DNA of 64,000 bases from an uncultured Eubacteriales bacterium (GCA_948938605.1 CARAIG010000079.1:15-64014); one strand, 5' to 3'; counted from the first letter of the stretch, positions 37,183 through 48,116 are shown. Numbers and translations: made by a program. The notes: a model not told the origin generated them from the sequence alone.

Positions 37183-39306
37183 ATGAAAAAGTACTTACGG
37201 ATTATTTCAGTCGTAATCGCTCTTGTAATGGTATTGGCAATTGTTGCCGCATGCTCGCAAACTACATATACCGTTACTTACAAAGACGGCGACAGTACCG
37301 TTTACACGCAAAAAGTTTTAGAAGGCGAAAAAGCCGCTAAAATTGCCGCACCGCAAAAACAAGACTACAATTTTGTAGCATGGCAATTAAACGATGCGGA
37401 CTACAATTTTGATACGCCCGTAACAAGCGACATTACTTTGTCGGCAAAATACGCTCCTAATACGCCCGACGACGGTTTAAGCGAATCGGTTCGCAACGTA
37501 TTGAACGAACTTGTTCCGAATGCGGAATTTGCAGTAAAATCGGCAACGATGTTAAATAACGTTAAAGCAATTTACACCGCAACAAAAGACGGTAAAGTGA
37601 CAAATATTATTTATTTGGAAAAAGAAAACACTTTTATCAAACCCGTTAAATTATACGTAGCGGTAGACAACGACAACAAAGTAGCCGCATTAAAAGTAAC
37701 AAGCGATTTCCATTCGGCAAATACATCGCTTAAACCCGGCGATCTCGGCATTATCGGTTCAAACAGCAGCACATTGGAAGCAAACTTCGACAAAGTAACA
37801 GGCGCTACGGTAACGTCTAATACAGTTAAAGAACTTGCGTTGATTGCACTTGAACAAGCAGCCGCTCTCAACGGCGGTTCGCAACAACCTGTCGATCCCG
37901 ACAACCCGTTAGTTATCGACAACGGTTTCCAATTCAACAGCAAAACAGGCGAAATCGTAGATTACGTAACATCCGCAAAAGCGCTGCTTATTCCATCGGA
38001 AATTCGCGGAGTAAAAGTAGTAACTCTCGGCGAAAACCTGTTTAAAGGCGACAACACTATCGAAACAATTATTATTCCCACATCGGTAACGGAAATAAAA
38101 TTCGGCGCTTTCCAAGATTGCACAAAATTGCAACACGTTATTTTCGAACAAAGAGAAGCCGCCGATCCCATTGCTTTCGGCACAAATTTATTTAAAGGCT
38201 GCACCGCATTGGAAGAAATAACTTGGCCGTCCAACGCGAAATCATTGCCGAGTTATGTTTTCGAAGACTGCACAAGTCTTACTACTGTTTACAACTTAGA
38301 CAAAGTTATGAATGTTGGCGTAGGCGCATTTAAAGGCTGCCAAAAACTCGAAAACGTTAATCTTGCAGGTTGCTACGTTATAGGCAGCAGCGCATTCGAA
38401 AATTGCGCTTCGCTTGCAAACATTACAATTGCAAACACAGTCAATTCAATAGGCGAAAAAGCATTTGCAAATTGCTCGTCTCTTACGGAATTTAACATTC
38501 CCGCATCGCTTAACACTATTAACCTTAATGTTTTAGAAGGCTGCGACAAACTCGCTAAAATCACAGTTGACGCCGCCTCGACAAAATATACTGCAAAAGA
38601 CAACGTATTGTATACTGTAAACTCGGCAAAAGACGCTACAAGTTTATATTTCGTTCCGTCGTTTGTTACAACATTCGAATTGCCTGCAACGGTTACAAGT
38701 ATTGCTTCGACTGCATTCAACTCCTGCGACAAATTAACGGCAGTAACAGTAGAAAGCGGTTCAACAAAATATGCGGCTGTTGACGGCGTTTTGTACCAAA
38801 TCAACGCAAGCGGAATCAAAACAAACCTTACTTACGTTCCTGCCAAATATCAAGGACAAGTAACTTTGTTTGAAGGAACTTCCTTTATAGACACAAACGC
38901 TCTTGTAAACGCAACCGGTATAACCAAGATTGTTATAGAAGAAAACAACGTAAACTTTGTAGAATTGGATCACGTAATTTACCGCAAAGCAAACGCTACC
39001 GCTACAACGTTTACCCTTGTTACCGCTAACCGCGATTACGAAGGAATTGTAACCATACTTGACGGCAACGCCGATTACACCCTTTCGACAATTTCCGCAG
39101 GCGCATTTGCCAACAGCAAGATTACGGGCATTAGATTTACCCAATCCAAACATACTAATGTCAGTTTAAATCAAACCATCTTTAAAAACGTTAACGAAGG
39201 ATTTAAAATTTATGCCGACGCGTCGTGGAAAATTACTCTTACAGGCACTGCTTACAGCAAATGGACGCAAGTAGCCGATATGATAGAGTGGACAACAGCG
39301 GAATAA
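37183..39306 (+). CDS. Surface lipoprotein: Listeria-Bacteroides repeat + FMN_bind domain + BspA-type leucine-rich repeats
   Basis: Lipobox IVAAC, a TYTVTYKDGD...FVAWQ repeat, an FMN_bind-like segment ending in FDKVTGATVTS, and many LRR_5-type repeats (IPTSVTEIKFGAFQDCTKL, etc.). Confidence 0.75.
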   Translation: MKKYLRIISVVIALVMVLAIVAACSQTTYTVTYKDGDSTVYTQKVLEGEKAAKIAAPQKQDYNFVAWQLNDADYNFDTPVTSDITLSAKYAPNTPDDGLSESVRNVLNELVPNAEFAVKSATMLNNVKAIYTATKDGKVTNIIYLEKENTFIKPVKLYVAVDNDNKVAALKVTSDFHSANTSLKPGDLGIIGSNSSTLEANFDKVTGATVTSNTVKELALIALEQAAALNGGSQQPVDPDNPLVIDNGFQFNSKTGEIVDYVTSAKALLIPSEIRGVKVVTLGENLFKGDNTIETIIIPTSVTEIKFGAFQDCTKLQHVIFEQREAADPIAFGTNLFKGCTALEEITWPSNAKSLPSYVFEDCTSLTTVYNLDKVMNVGVGAFKGCQKLENVNLAGCYVIGSSAFENCASLANITIANTVNSIGEKAFANCSSLTEFNIPASLNTINLNVLEGCDKLAKITVDAASTKYTAKDNVLYTVNSAKDATSLYFVPSFVTTFELPATVTSIASTAFNSCDKLTAVTVESGSTKYAAVDGVLYQINASGIKTNLTYVPAKYQGQVTLFEGTSFIDTNALVNATGITKIVIEENNVNFVELDHVIYRKANATATTFTLVTANRDYEGIVTILDGNADYTLSTISAGAFANSKITGIRFTQSKHTNVSLNQTIFKNVNEGFKIYADASWKITLTGTAYSKWTQVADMIEWTTAE

Positions 39307-39323
39307 TAAACTACTCCTACTTT

Positions 39324-39360
39324 AAAGAGCGAAGAATTTTAAAATTCTTCGCTCTTTTAA
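39324..39360. terminator. Bidirectional rho-independent terminator
   Basis: AAAGAGCGAAGAATTTT/AAAATTCTTCGCTCTTT, a perfect 17-bp palindrome. Confidence 0.75.
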
Positions 39361-39417
39361 TTCCTATGGGAATAGCCCGTTACCGCTTCCTATTATTTTG
39401 CAAAACCGTTTTATACG

Positions 39418-42400
39418 CTATCTTTCCACAAACAATACATTGCTTTCCCCTAAAATATCGGCGAGTTCGTACTCGATACCGCTGCAACGGCGGACTTTGT
39501 TAGGCAAAATGTACGTTTTGCCTTCCAACTTGATTTTTACGGGGACGTCGCCTTCGTAGTCGTGAAGAGTATCAAGCAATTTATTATACTTTTCTTCGTC
39601 GCGGACATCCATTTTAAGATACAACGTAACTTTTGTTGCGGGTATTTCTTCCGCGGGCGTTTGTTCCTTGTTTTCGGCGCGGGGATTGACAAGTTCGCGG
39701 ACGTTGATTTTGTAGCCGTCGCGCGATTCGGCAATACTGCCTTTAATTACCACAAACGAATCGGCTGCAAACAATGTTTTGTATTTTTCGTACGTTGCGC
39801 CGTATAACGCCACTTCGATAGAATCAAATTTATCTTCCATAACGGCAAAGCCCATACGGTTGTTTTCCTTGCCCACCACTACGCGTATTTCCCGCAATAT
39901 TCCGCCGGTTGTTACAAAACGTTTGTTTACTTCGGGATGGACATACGTTGTTTCGCCGTCATCGTTTTCGACGGGGATTTGCGCTGTTTCGGACGTGTTA
40001 AAGTCGAAGCGGAACTTGCTTGCAATTTCATCATAGTCGTCCAAAGGCGAACCTGTCATATAAAGTCCTAACACTTCGTTTTCGTAGTTATATAGTATTT
40101 GCTTGGGAAATTCCTTTACTTGCGGACGTTCGACCGTTGCGCTTTGCGCAAGGTCGGGAATCATATCGAACAATGAAATTTGTCCGTCGGCGTTGCGCTT
40201 GCGGCGTTCCATTACGTCGTTTAATTCTTCCGCATACCACTGCATCATATCCGCCCTTGTACGGTTAAAGCAGTCAAAAGCGCCGCCCTTAATAAAGTTT
40301 TCCACTAAACGCTTGTTTATGAAACTTGCGCACCTTTCAAACAAGTTGGTCATATCGGCAAATTCACCGCCGCGTTCGCGTTCGTCAACTATCTGTTTAA
40401 CCACGCCAACGCCGATATTTTTAATTCCGCCCAAACCAAAACGGATAGAGCCGTCTTCAACGCGGAATTCGTCCCGACTTTTGTTAACGCAAGGGGGCAA
40501 AATTTTAATACCGATCGACTTGGCGTATTCCATATATTTTTTAATTTGCGAAATATCGGTAATACGGTTATTCAGCAATGCGCAGATAAATTCGACGGGA
40601 TAGTAATTTTTAAGCCAAGCCGTTTGATAAGTTACGTAAGCATAACACGTCGCGTGCGACTTGTTAAAAGCATATTGCGAAAAGTCGTCCAACTGCTTGT
40701 ATATTGCCAAAGCTACGTCTTCGGGTATTCCGTTATTTACACAACCGGGAACAGTCTCCGCCTTTTTAGCCTTTTTAATGATTTTTTCGTCGGTAGCAAG
40801 TTTACCGTCCGCCCAAGTTCCGCCGTGAACAAACAGTTCGCCCAAGTCCTTCATCATTTGAGCTTTTTTCTTACTCATTGCATAACGGACGTTATCCGCA
40901 AGCGCGGTGGAAAACCCTGCAAGTTTTTGTACAAGTTGCATAACTTGTTCCTGATAAACTATACAGCCGTTTGTAACCGACAGTATGCTTTCCATTGACG
41001 GATGCAAATACTGTATTTTGGATTTGTCGAATTTACATTCAATATAGTTGCCTATATACTGCATAGGTCCCGGTCGGTACAAACTGATACCTGCGATAAT
41101 TTCTTCCAAACCCGTCGGCTTCATCTTGCGCATAAGGTCGCACATACCGCCGCTTTCAAGTTGGAAAATGCACATCGTATCGCCCGAACTTATAAGGTTA
41201 AATACGTTGGGATCGGAATAGTCGTCCTTGGAAAAGTCTACTTTTACGCCGCAGTCTTCATAAACGTAATCGCAAGCCTTTTTTATGTCGGTAAGCGTCC
41301 TAAGCCCCAAAAAGTCCATTTTAAGCAAGCCAAGTTCTTCTACTTCGACCATATTATACTGAGTGGTGACAATACCGCCCTTGGCTAAACTACCGCCGTT
41401 AGTCTGCAAAGGCACGTGATCAGAAACTTTTTCGCGACAGATAACAACGCCTGCCGCGTGCATACCTGTTTGTCGGGGCGAACCTTCCACGCGCAAAGCA
41501 ATATCGATTAACTTGTGTGTTGCGGGGTCGTTGTAGGCTTGTACAAGTTCGTCGGATATATACGTATCTTCGGGTTTTTTGTACGGCTTTTGTCCAAGCA
41601 GATGACGCAATGTATATTTAAAACCGTCGGGAACCATTTTAGCCAAACGGTTAGATTCGCTAATAGGCACACGCAACACGCGCGCAACGTCGCGAATGGC
41701 ATTTTTTGCCGCCATCGTGCCGAACGTAACAATCTGACAAACGTTGTCGTTGCCATACTTTTCGTGTACGTAGTCGATAACTTCGCCGCGCCTGTCCATA
41801 CAAAAGTCCACGTCGAAATCGGGCATAGATTTACGTTCGGGGTTAAGGAAACGTTCGAACATCAAGTTAAAGCGGAACGGTTCAACTTCGGTAATGCCTA
41901 TTAAGTACGCTATTACGCTGCCCGCGCCGCTACCCCTGCCCGGACCTACCGGTATACCGTTGGTTTTGGCGTAGTTAATGAAGTCCCACACAATAAGGTA
42001 GTAATCGACAAAACCCATATTGCATATAACGCTGTATTCGTATTCGATACGGTCGCGTATTTCCTGCGTGCAGTTAGGATACTTGACTTTAAGCCCCTCC
42101 TCCAACAAGTAACGCAAATATTCGGCAGACGTCATATTGTTTGGGGGCGTATACAGCGGCAGTAACTTTTCCTTGCCGAAGTCGACGTTACATTTTTCCG
42201 CTATTTCCAATGTATTTGTAATTGCTTCGGGGACGTTGGGAAAAAGTTTTTCCATTTCTTCACAGGTTTTAAGATAAAACTCTTCGCCTTGGAATTTCAT
42301 ACGGTCGGTATCGTCAACGTACTTACCCATTGCAACGCACATCATTATATCCTGAATTTCCGCGTCTTCCTTGTTTAGGTAGTGAACGTCGTTGGTTACG

Positions 42401-42996
42401 ACCACTTTAATGTCCAACTCGCGCGCAAGCGCAATCAACTGCGGCATTACCGCGTCTTCGTCCGCTATACCGTGACGCTGAATTTCAATGTAATAGTCTT
42501 CGCCGAACAGTTCCTTGTATTCAAGCGCCAACGCCTTGGCGTCATCGGGACGGTCTGCCAAAAACAGACGGGGCAGTTGTCCCGCAATGCAGGCAGACAA
42601 ACAAATAATACCTTCGCTGTACTTTTTTAACGTTTCGAAGTCGATACGCGGTTTATAGTAAAAACCTTCAACCCAAGCAATGGAGTTGAGCCTGCACAAG
42701 TTGTAGTAACCGACGTTATTTTTTGCAAGCAAAATAAGGTGGAAGTATTCCTTGTTTTCGTAGCCTACGCCGTGCAAATTTTCACACATATAAAATTCGC
42801 AGCCTATAATAGGTTTAATTCCCTTTTCCTTTGCCGCCTTTAAAAACTTCCAAGCGCAATACATATTGCCGTGGTCGGTAACTGCTATCGCGGGCATTCC
42901 GTATTCAATACACCTGTTAAGCATATCGTCGATTCGTGTTGCGCCGTCTAACAAACTGTATTCGGTGTGTAAGTGTAAATGTACAAAAGGTTTCAT
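39418..42996 (-). CDS. dnaE: DNA polymerase III alpha subunit
   Basis: PHP domain start FVHLHLHTEYSLLDGA, 1192 aa, with a polymerase core and OB-fold C-terminus. An AGGAGAA RBS is present. Confidence 0.95.
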   Translation of the reverse strand: MKPFVHLHLHTEYSLLDGATRIDDMLNRCIEYGMPAIAVTDHGNMYCAWKFLKAAKEKGIKPIIGCEFYMCENLHGVGYENKEYFHLILLAKNNVGYYNLCRLNSIAWVEGFYYKPRIDFETLKKYSEGIICLSACIAGQLPRLFLADRPDDAKALALEYKELFGEDYYIEIQRHGIADEDAVMPQLIALARELDIKVVVTNDVHYLNKEDAEIQDIMMCVAMGKYVDDTDRMKFQGEEFYLKTCEEMEKLFPNVPEAITNTLEIAEKCNVDFGKEKLLPLYTPPNNMTSAEYLRYLLEEGLKVKYPNCTQEIRDRIEYEYSVICNMGFVDYYLIVWDFINYAKTNGIPVGPGRGSGAGSVIAYLIGITEVEPFRFNLMFERFLNPERKSMPDFDVDFCMDRRGEVIDYVHEKYGNDNVCQIVTFGTMAAKNAIRDVARVLRVPISESNRLAKMVPDGFKYTLRHLLGQKPYKKPEDTYISDELVQAYNDPATHKLIDIALRVEGSPRQTGMHAAGVVICREKVSDHVPLQTNGGSLAKGGIVTTQYNMVEVEELGLLKMDFLGLRTLTDIKKACDYVYEDCGVKVDFSKDDYSDPNVFNLISSGDTMCIFQLESGGMCDLMRKMKPTGLEEIIAGISLYRPGPMQYIGNYIECKFDKSKIQYLHPSMESILSVTNGCIVYQEQVMQLVQKLAGFSTALADNVRYAMSKKKAQMMKDLGELFVHGGTWADGKLATDEKIIKKAKKAETVPGCVNNGIPEDVALAIYKQLDDFSQYAFNKSHATCYAYVTYQTAWLKNYYPVEFICALLNNRITDISQIKKYMEYAKSIGIKILPPCVNKSRDEFRVEDGSIRFGLGGIKNIGVGVVKQIVDERERGGEFADMTNLFERCASFINKRLVENFIKGGAFDCFNRTRADMMQWYAEELNDVMERRKRNADGQISLFDMIPDLAQSATVERPQVKEFPKQILYNYENEVLGLYMTGSPLDDYDEIASKFRFDFNTSETAQIPVENDDGETTYVHPEVNKRFVTTGGILREIRVVVGKENNRMGFAVMEDKFDSIEVALYGATYEKYKTLFAADSFVVIKGSIAESRDGYKINVRELVNPRAENKEQTPAEEIPATKVTLYLKMDVRDEEKYNKLLDTLHDYEGDVPVKIKLEGKTYILPNKVRRCSGIEYELADILGESNVLFVER

Positions 42997-43035
42997 TTGT
43001 TCTCCTATGCCGTATAAAAGCTGTCCGATTAAAAA

Positions 43036-43980
43036 TTATAAGGCTGTGTTAGCAAGTTCAATCAATTTTGCAAAACGGTGATTTGCTCCGCTTTTGGATA
43101 TTTGCAGTTTTGCCGCAATTTCGTCAAGCGTTGCTTCGGGATATGCTTCGCGCATATCGGCAACGTCCTTCAACTGTTGGGTAAGACTGTTGTACAATCC
43201 TTTTTGTTTTAATACGCGTATGGCGTGTAACTGGTTTTGCGCCGCCGCAACCGTCTTGTCGATATTTGCCACCGAACAGTTATTTTGACGGTTTATCTTG
43301 TTGCGCATACTGCGTCCTGCAATAATGTTGTCTAATTTCAAACGACTGTGCGTTGCATAAATATACGCTAAAAAATCCGCTATCTTTTCGCTGTCCTTTA
43401 AGTACAGGACTATATGGTTTTTACGTTCAAGCAATTTCAAGTCCAGCGCGCTGTACGAGTTTTGTACCGCACAGGCAAATGCCATATCGGAAAAACGCAA
43501 TTCAAGGTGATATTTAGCGGTATTTTTATTTTCTTCATTGTATATGTCCCCTACGGGAATAACAACCGAACCCGACGACAAAAACAGTCCTTGCATAAAC
43601 GCTTTTTTGCAGCACTCGTTTTGCGGAATGACGGAGTCGACGTTATCAAGCAACGCAAACGTATTATCGGCGTGACTTGTTAAAAACAGCTTGTCCCCTA
43701 AATTATCTTCGAAATTGCAACTGTATACCGCAACCCCTTTGACGTTAACGTTTCGGCTTTCGATTTGCGCATTGCAAGACAAATGCCTGTTTGCCAAGTC
43801 CTTGCACATTACCAAAAAGTCGTGATTGTCGCTTTCGACGGTAAAATAAAACTTTTTATATTCTAACGTTAGGGAACCTATGGCTTTTAAAACGGCAGTC
43901 AAAAAAGAGCGCGCACAGCACCCTTTGATATTTTTGACAGATTTTAAAACTTCACTTTTAACTTCCTGCGAAAACGTCAT
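43036..43980 (-). CDS. whiA: DNA-binding protein WhiA
   Basis: MTFSQEVKSE start, LAGLIDADG-like middle region and a C-terminal HTH (LDEIAAKLQISKSGANHRFAKL). Confidence 0.85.
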   Translation of the reverse strand: MTFSQEVKSEVLKSVKNIKGCCARSFLTAVLKAIGSLTLEYKKFYFTVESDNHDFLVMCKDLANRHLSCNAQIESRNVNVKGVAVYSCNFEDNLGDKLFLTSHADNTFALLDNVDSVIPQNECCKKAFMQGLFLSSGSVVIPVGDIYNEENKNTAKYHLELRFSDMAFACAVQNSYSALDLKLLERKNHIVLYLKDSEKIADFLAYIYATHSRLKLDNIIAGRSMRNKINRQNNCSVANIDKTVAAAQNQLHAIRVLKQKGLYNSLTQQLKDVADMREAYPEATLDEIAAKLQISKSGANHRFAKLIELANTAL

Positions 43981-44902
43981 TTCCGTCGTCCTTTGTAAAA
44001 TTTACCAAGCACACTTCTGTTTTAGCCGTTATGCCGTAACGGGCAAACAAAGTATCTTTTATATGTTGTATTATTAAGTATATATCTTTACTTTCGGCTT
44101 TGTCAACATTAACGACAAAACCTGCGTGTTTTTCCGAAACTTTTGCACCGCCGATTTGAAATCCCTTTAAACCCGCTTCGTCTATCAAACGGGATACCGC
44201 TACTTTGTCGTGGTAAAGCACGCACCCTGCCGAACGGTAATTCAAAGGTTGCGATTGGGATTTTTTACGGCGCATTTGGGATACTGTGTTTGCAACGTCT
44301 TGCGGGGTGGATTTTTCAAACTTGAAATCCGCTTCGAGCACTACGTATTCGCCGTTGTTTTTAAAAATACTGCTGCGCTTTGCAAACTTGCATTTGTCCG
44401 CCGACAGTTTGCATAACCTACCGTTATGCAATGCCGTAACGCTAACTACGACAGAATTTACGTCTTGGTTAAAGCACCCCGCATTTGTAACGACCGCACC
44501 GCCTACGCTTGCGGGCAAGCAAGCAAAAAATTCCCCGCCCGAAAGCCCTTTTTGCTGCAACTGTTTAGCTAACGTTACCGTCGATACCCCCGCTTGTACC
44601 CTTACGGTATTCTTGCGGAACTTAATACCGTTCAATTTAGATGTCGACACTACAACGCCTTCGTACGCTTCGTCCGAAGCGAGAGTGTTACTGCCCTTGC
44701 CCAATACAACGTAACCGACTTTTAGTTTTTGCAATTGGCGTATTGCGTAAACCGTCTTATCCGCTGTATCGGGATAGATTACAAGTTTGATTGTACCCCC
44801 TGAGCCGAAAGTTGTCAACTCGGCAAAGGACATATTTTCCTTTGTTTCTATCGATTTTTTTTTCATAATCGACGCAACAAAATTTAAAGTTGAACCGTCC
44901 AT
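43958..44902 (-). CDS. murB: UDP-N-acetylenolpyruvoylglucosamine reductase
   Basis: FAD_binding_4 (TFGSGGT...VLGKGSNTL) and a MurB C-terminal domain (RSAGCVL, GGAKVSEKHAGFVVN). Start is ATG 44902, 1 nt after the upstream stop. Confidence 0.85.
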   Translation of the reverse strand: MDGSTLNFVASIMKKKSIETKENMSFAELTTFGSGGTIKLVIYPDTADKTVYAIRQLQKLKVGYVVLGKGSNTLASDEAYEGVVVSTSKLNGIKFRKNTVRVQAGVSTVTLAKQLQQKGLSGGEFFACLPASVGGAVVTNAGCFNQDVNSVVVSVTALHNGRLCKLSADKCKFAKRSSIFKNNGEYVVLEADFKFEKSTPQDVANTVSQMRRKKSQSQPLNYRSAGCVLYHDKVAVSRLIDEAGLKGFQIGGAKVSEKHAGFVVNVDKAESKDIYLIIQHIKDTLFARYGITAKTEVCLVNFTKDDGNDVFAGS

Positions 44903-44903
44903 A

Positions 44904-46034
44904 CTAAATACCCAGCGTTGCTTTTGCCGTTTGACGCTGATTTGCAATTACACTGCTGTCGGCAAACGCATTAGGCACAAATGCGGCGGATAATCCTTGT
45001 TCTAACGCCACATACCGCTCGTCAGTATAGATAGACTTGTCATACGCGCAAAACAGCGACAAATTAACTAGACTTTGCTGTACTTCATCGGAAATCAAGT
45101 ATTGCAAATACGCTTGACAACTGCTCAACTTTTCACCGCAATTTGCATTAACTCCCACAAATTGAACCAAGTCGGTGTAACCAGACAACGGAACAAACCC
45201 TAAACTTTCGATTTTGCCGTTTTGTTCGCGTTGGTTTAAGCGGTACAAGTCGCGTTGGGTTCCCAACAGCGTTACCGCCGTTTTGTTGGAAACAAACTGT
45301 TCGTAAGCTTGGTATTGAGTGACGTCTTCGGCTATACTTGCCGCACTGCCCTTACCGCCCGACATTGCAAGCGCCGTCAACGGACTGTTAGACGGAGTAA
45401 AACCGCATATCATAGGACTCAACTCTATTGTATTTTTGCCTACTTTTCGCGTATACGTTTGCGTTAGCGCTTTGTTTAACAATTCGTCTTGGGCAAGCTG
45501 ACTTGTACGTGCAAACAAGCCGTACGCCCCCGCGTACAAGGGAAGCGCGTATTGTTTACCGTCGAACTGTCCTGCAAGCAACATATTTTCCCGCAAGTCG
45601 CGCGTGGAAACTTCTAACGGCGCAAGGTAATCCTTTACTACGTCCCCTACGCCCCTGCCGAAGCAAATGATATCGAACTGTTGATTATCGGCAAGTTTTT
45701 GTTTGAGTTCGTCAACAGTCAAGTTAGTTACGTGAACATATAAACCGGTATTTTGCTTTTCGAACTTGGCGGATTTGCTTGTAAGCCAACTTTGTCTGCT
45801 TCCCGAACCGCCCTCGAATGTTTCGACGTTCCACAACTCTATTATGCCTTTGTAACTTGCATTAGGTAAAGTCTGCGGTTTTCTCGGCAAATTGGGTAAC
45901 GCCCACATTAGGCACAATGCCGCAACGATTACCGCAATAACTGCAATTAACACGTACTTAGGCATATTTTTGCGTTGTTTTTTAACTTTAACTTGCTTGG
46001 GCGTTTTTTCCTTTACGACTTTAATTTTAGACAT
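44904..46034 (-). CDS. Membrane-anchored hypothetical protein, solute-binding-protein-like (tentative)
   Basis: Lys-rich N-terminus, a single TM (YVLIAVIAVIVAALCLMWAL), and a ~320-aa extracytoplasmic domain. Family not firmly recognised. Confidence 0.45.
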   Translation of the reverse strand: MSKIKVVKEKTPKQVKVKKQRKNMPKYVLIAVIAVIVAALCLMWALPNLPRKPQTLPNASYKGIIELWNVETFEGGSGSRQSWLTSKSAKFEKQNTGLYVHVTNLTVDELKQKLADNQQFDIICFGRGVGDVVKDYLAPLEVSTRDLRENMLLAGQFDGKQYALPLYAGAYGLFARTSQLAQDELLNKALTQTYTRKVGKNTIELSPMICGFTPSNSPLTALAMSGGKGSAASIAEDVTQYQAYEQFVSNKTAVTLLGTQRDLYRLNQREQNGKIESLGFVPLSGYTDLVQFVGVNANCGEKLSSCQAYLQYLISDEVQQSLVNLSLFCAYDKSIYTDERYVALEQGLSAAFVPNAFADSSVIANQRQTAKATLGI

Positions 46035-46310
46035 ATTTTTCTCCCGTCAACACAGTATAAATCTGCTTTGTATTTTAATTTATGACGGGTATTTGCTTTT
46101 TAAGCGTATGTTTATAGTCTAAATCCGTCAAAATTAGGCGTTTTGACGTTCAATAATGAAAAAATTGGGCATTTACTTTTTTTGCGGAATTATATATAAT
46201 AATTAAAGAAGAATTATTTTTACTGCGATGTATTTCAATTTTGAAAGTTTTTAAAATTGACGCAACGCATTAAAAATTGTTTTCCGACTATATACAAGGA
46301 AGAAAATTTT

Positions 46311-48116
46311 ATGAAACTTAATTACAAACGCACTTTGCTTGTAGGATTTGCATTTTTCCTTATTTGCGTGTTTTGGCAAGCGTACGACACCCTTGTACCG
46401 TTAATGTTGACAAACAAATTCGGTCTTGACCAAACTTGGTCGGGCGTAATTATGTCGTTGGACAACATTCTTGCGCTGTTTATGTTGCCGTTGTTCGGCG
46501 CGTTATCCGACAAAAAGGACACCCGCTTCGGTAAACGCACGCCGTTTATAGTAATCGGAACAATTTGCGCAATCCTTGCATTTGTAAGTCTTACGCTTGT
46601 AGACAACGCGCAGTTAAGCAAACTTGCCGCAGGCAATACCGAACTGTATTGGTCGACAAACTACACAGTGGAAAACAAGGAATACAACAGTATTACCAAC
46701 AAAGGCGTTGCGTCCGAATACGACATACACGACTACTCCGCACAAATACTGTTTAACAAAAACTTTGACGAATTGACGTCAGACGAACAAGCGCAAGCGG
46801 AAAGTTGGTACAAAGGGTTGGATTACGACCAATTTTACGTCTACGACGCAGACGCAATGGAATACAAAGCGTGCAAAACGATTAAAGACGAAAACGGCAA
46901 ATTGAGTTATTCGTATTTAGACGGAAGCGAAATAGAAAAAGGCGCACGTAGGATAAACGCATATTCGTCGACGGTATCTTCGGCGGAATCGTGTTTTGCC
47001 AAAGAAGTAAGCAACAGTAACATTTACTTGCTTGTAATATTCATAATCGTGTTGCTTGTAACCCTAGTGTCTATGGCAACGTTCCGCTCCCCCGCCGTTG
47101 CGCTAATGCCCGACGTTACGGTAAAGCCGCTACGCAGCAAAGGCAACGCAATAATCAACCTAATGGGAGCGGCAGGCGGAATAATCGTACTTGGGTTGGG
47201 AATGTTGTTCGGTACAGGTCAGGTTAAAAACCAAATGATGAGTTACACGCTGTTCGTTTCGGCAGTTTGCGGAATTATGGCTATTGCGTTGATTGTATTT
47301 ATTTTTACCGTCAAGGAAAAGAAATGGAACGCCGAAATGCTCGAACAGCAAGCAATACTCGACGCCGAAGACGAACAAGAAGCCGCCGAAAAAGAAATAC
47401 AGGAAATTGACGAACCCGTTTGCGCCGAAGTGTTAACGGAAAACGAAACATCCGATACAAAAACAACGACGCCGCCCGCAAAAACAAAGCAGAACAAACT
47501 GCCCAAAGACAAACTCGTTTCCCTTATTTTAATACTTGCAAGCGTAGCATTGTGGTTTATAGGATATAACGCCGTTACAAGTAAATACAGCGTGTATGCC
47601 TTAAACGTATTAAATATGGACTACAATTCAACGTTAATAATAGCTCAAGGAGCAGCCATTGCTTCGTATATTCCCGTAGGAATGCTATCAGGCAAACTTG
47701 GACGCAAAAAGACAATTTTAATTGGCGTAGCGTTGCTTACGGTTTCGTTTTTCGGAGCGATATTCATTAACAGTTCAAGTCCGTCGTGGCTTATGTGGAT
47801 ACTGTTTGCACTAGCGGGCATTGCTTGGGCAACGATAAACGTCAACAGTTTCCCGATGGTTGTGGAACTTGCAACCGGTAGCGACATAGGTAAATACACA
47901 GGTTACTACTACACTGCCAGTATGGCTGCGCAAGTAGTTACGCCTATACTGTCGGGTGCGCTTATGGATGCATTCGGCACAATGGGAATCCTGTTCCCCT
48001 ATGCTACGATATTTGTAGCGTTATCGTTTGTAACAATGCTGTTTGTAAAGCACGGCGACAGCAAACCCGAAAAACCCAAATCCAAACTGGAAATGCTGGG
48101 CGGCGCCGACGACTAA
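46311..48116 (+). CDS. MFS transporter with a large inserted soluble loop and an acidic central linker
   Basis: Multiple TM helices and the MFS loop motif GALSDKKDTRFGKRTP. ATG 46311 follows an AAGGAAG RBS. Confidence 0.75.
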   Translation: MKLNYKRTLLVGFAFFLICVFWQAYDTLVPLMLTNKFGLDQTWSGVIMSLDNILALFMLPLFGALSDKKDTRFGKRTPFIVIGTICAILAFVSLTLVDNAQLSKLAAGNTELYWSTNYTVENKEYNSITNKGVASEYDIHDYSAQILFNKNFDELTSDEQAQAESWYKGLDYDQFYVYDADAMEYKACKTIKDENGKLSYSYLDGSEIEKGARRINAYSSTVSSAESCFAKEVSNSNIYLLVIFIIVLLVTLVSMATFRSPAVALMPDVTVKPLRSKGNAIINLMGAAGGIIVLGLGMLFGTGQVKNQMMSYTLFVSAVCGIMAIALIVFIFTVKEKKWNAEMLEQQAILDAEDEQEAAEKEIQEIDEPVCAEVLTENETSDTKTTTPPAKTKQNKLPKDKLVSLILILASVALWFIGYNAVTSKYSVYALNVLNMDYNSTLIIAQGAAIASYIPVGMLSGKLGRKKTILIGVALLTVSFFGAIFINSSSPSWLMWILFALAGIAWATINVNSFPMVVELATGSDIGKYTGYYYTASMAAQVVTPILSGALMDAFGTMGILFPYATIFVALSFVTMLFVKHGDSKPEKPKSKLEMLGGADD

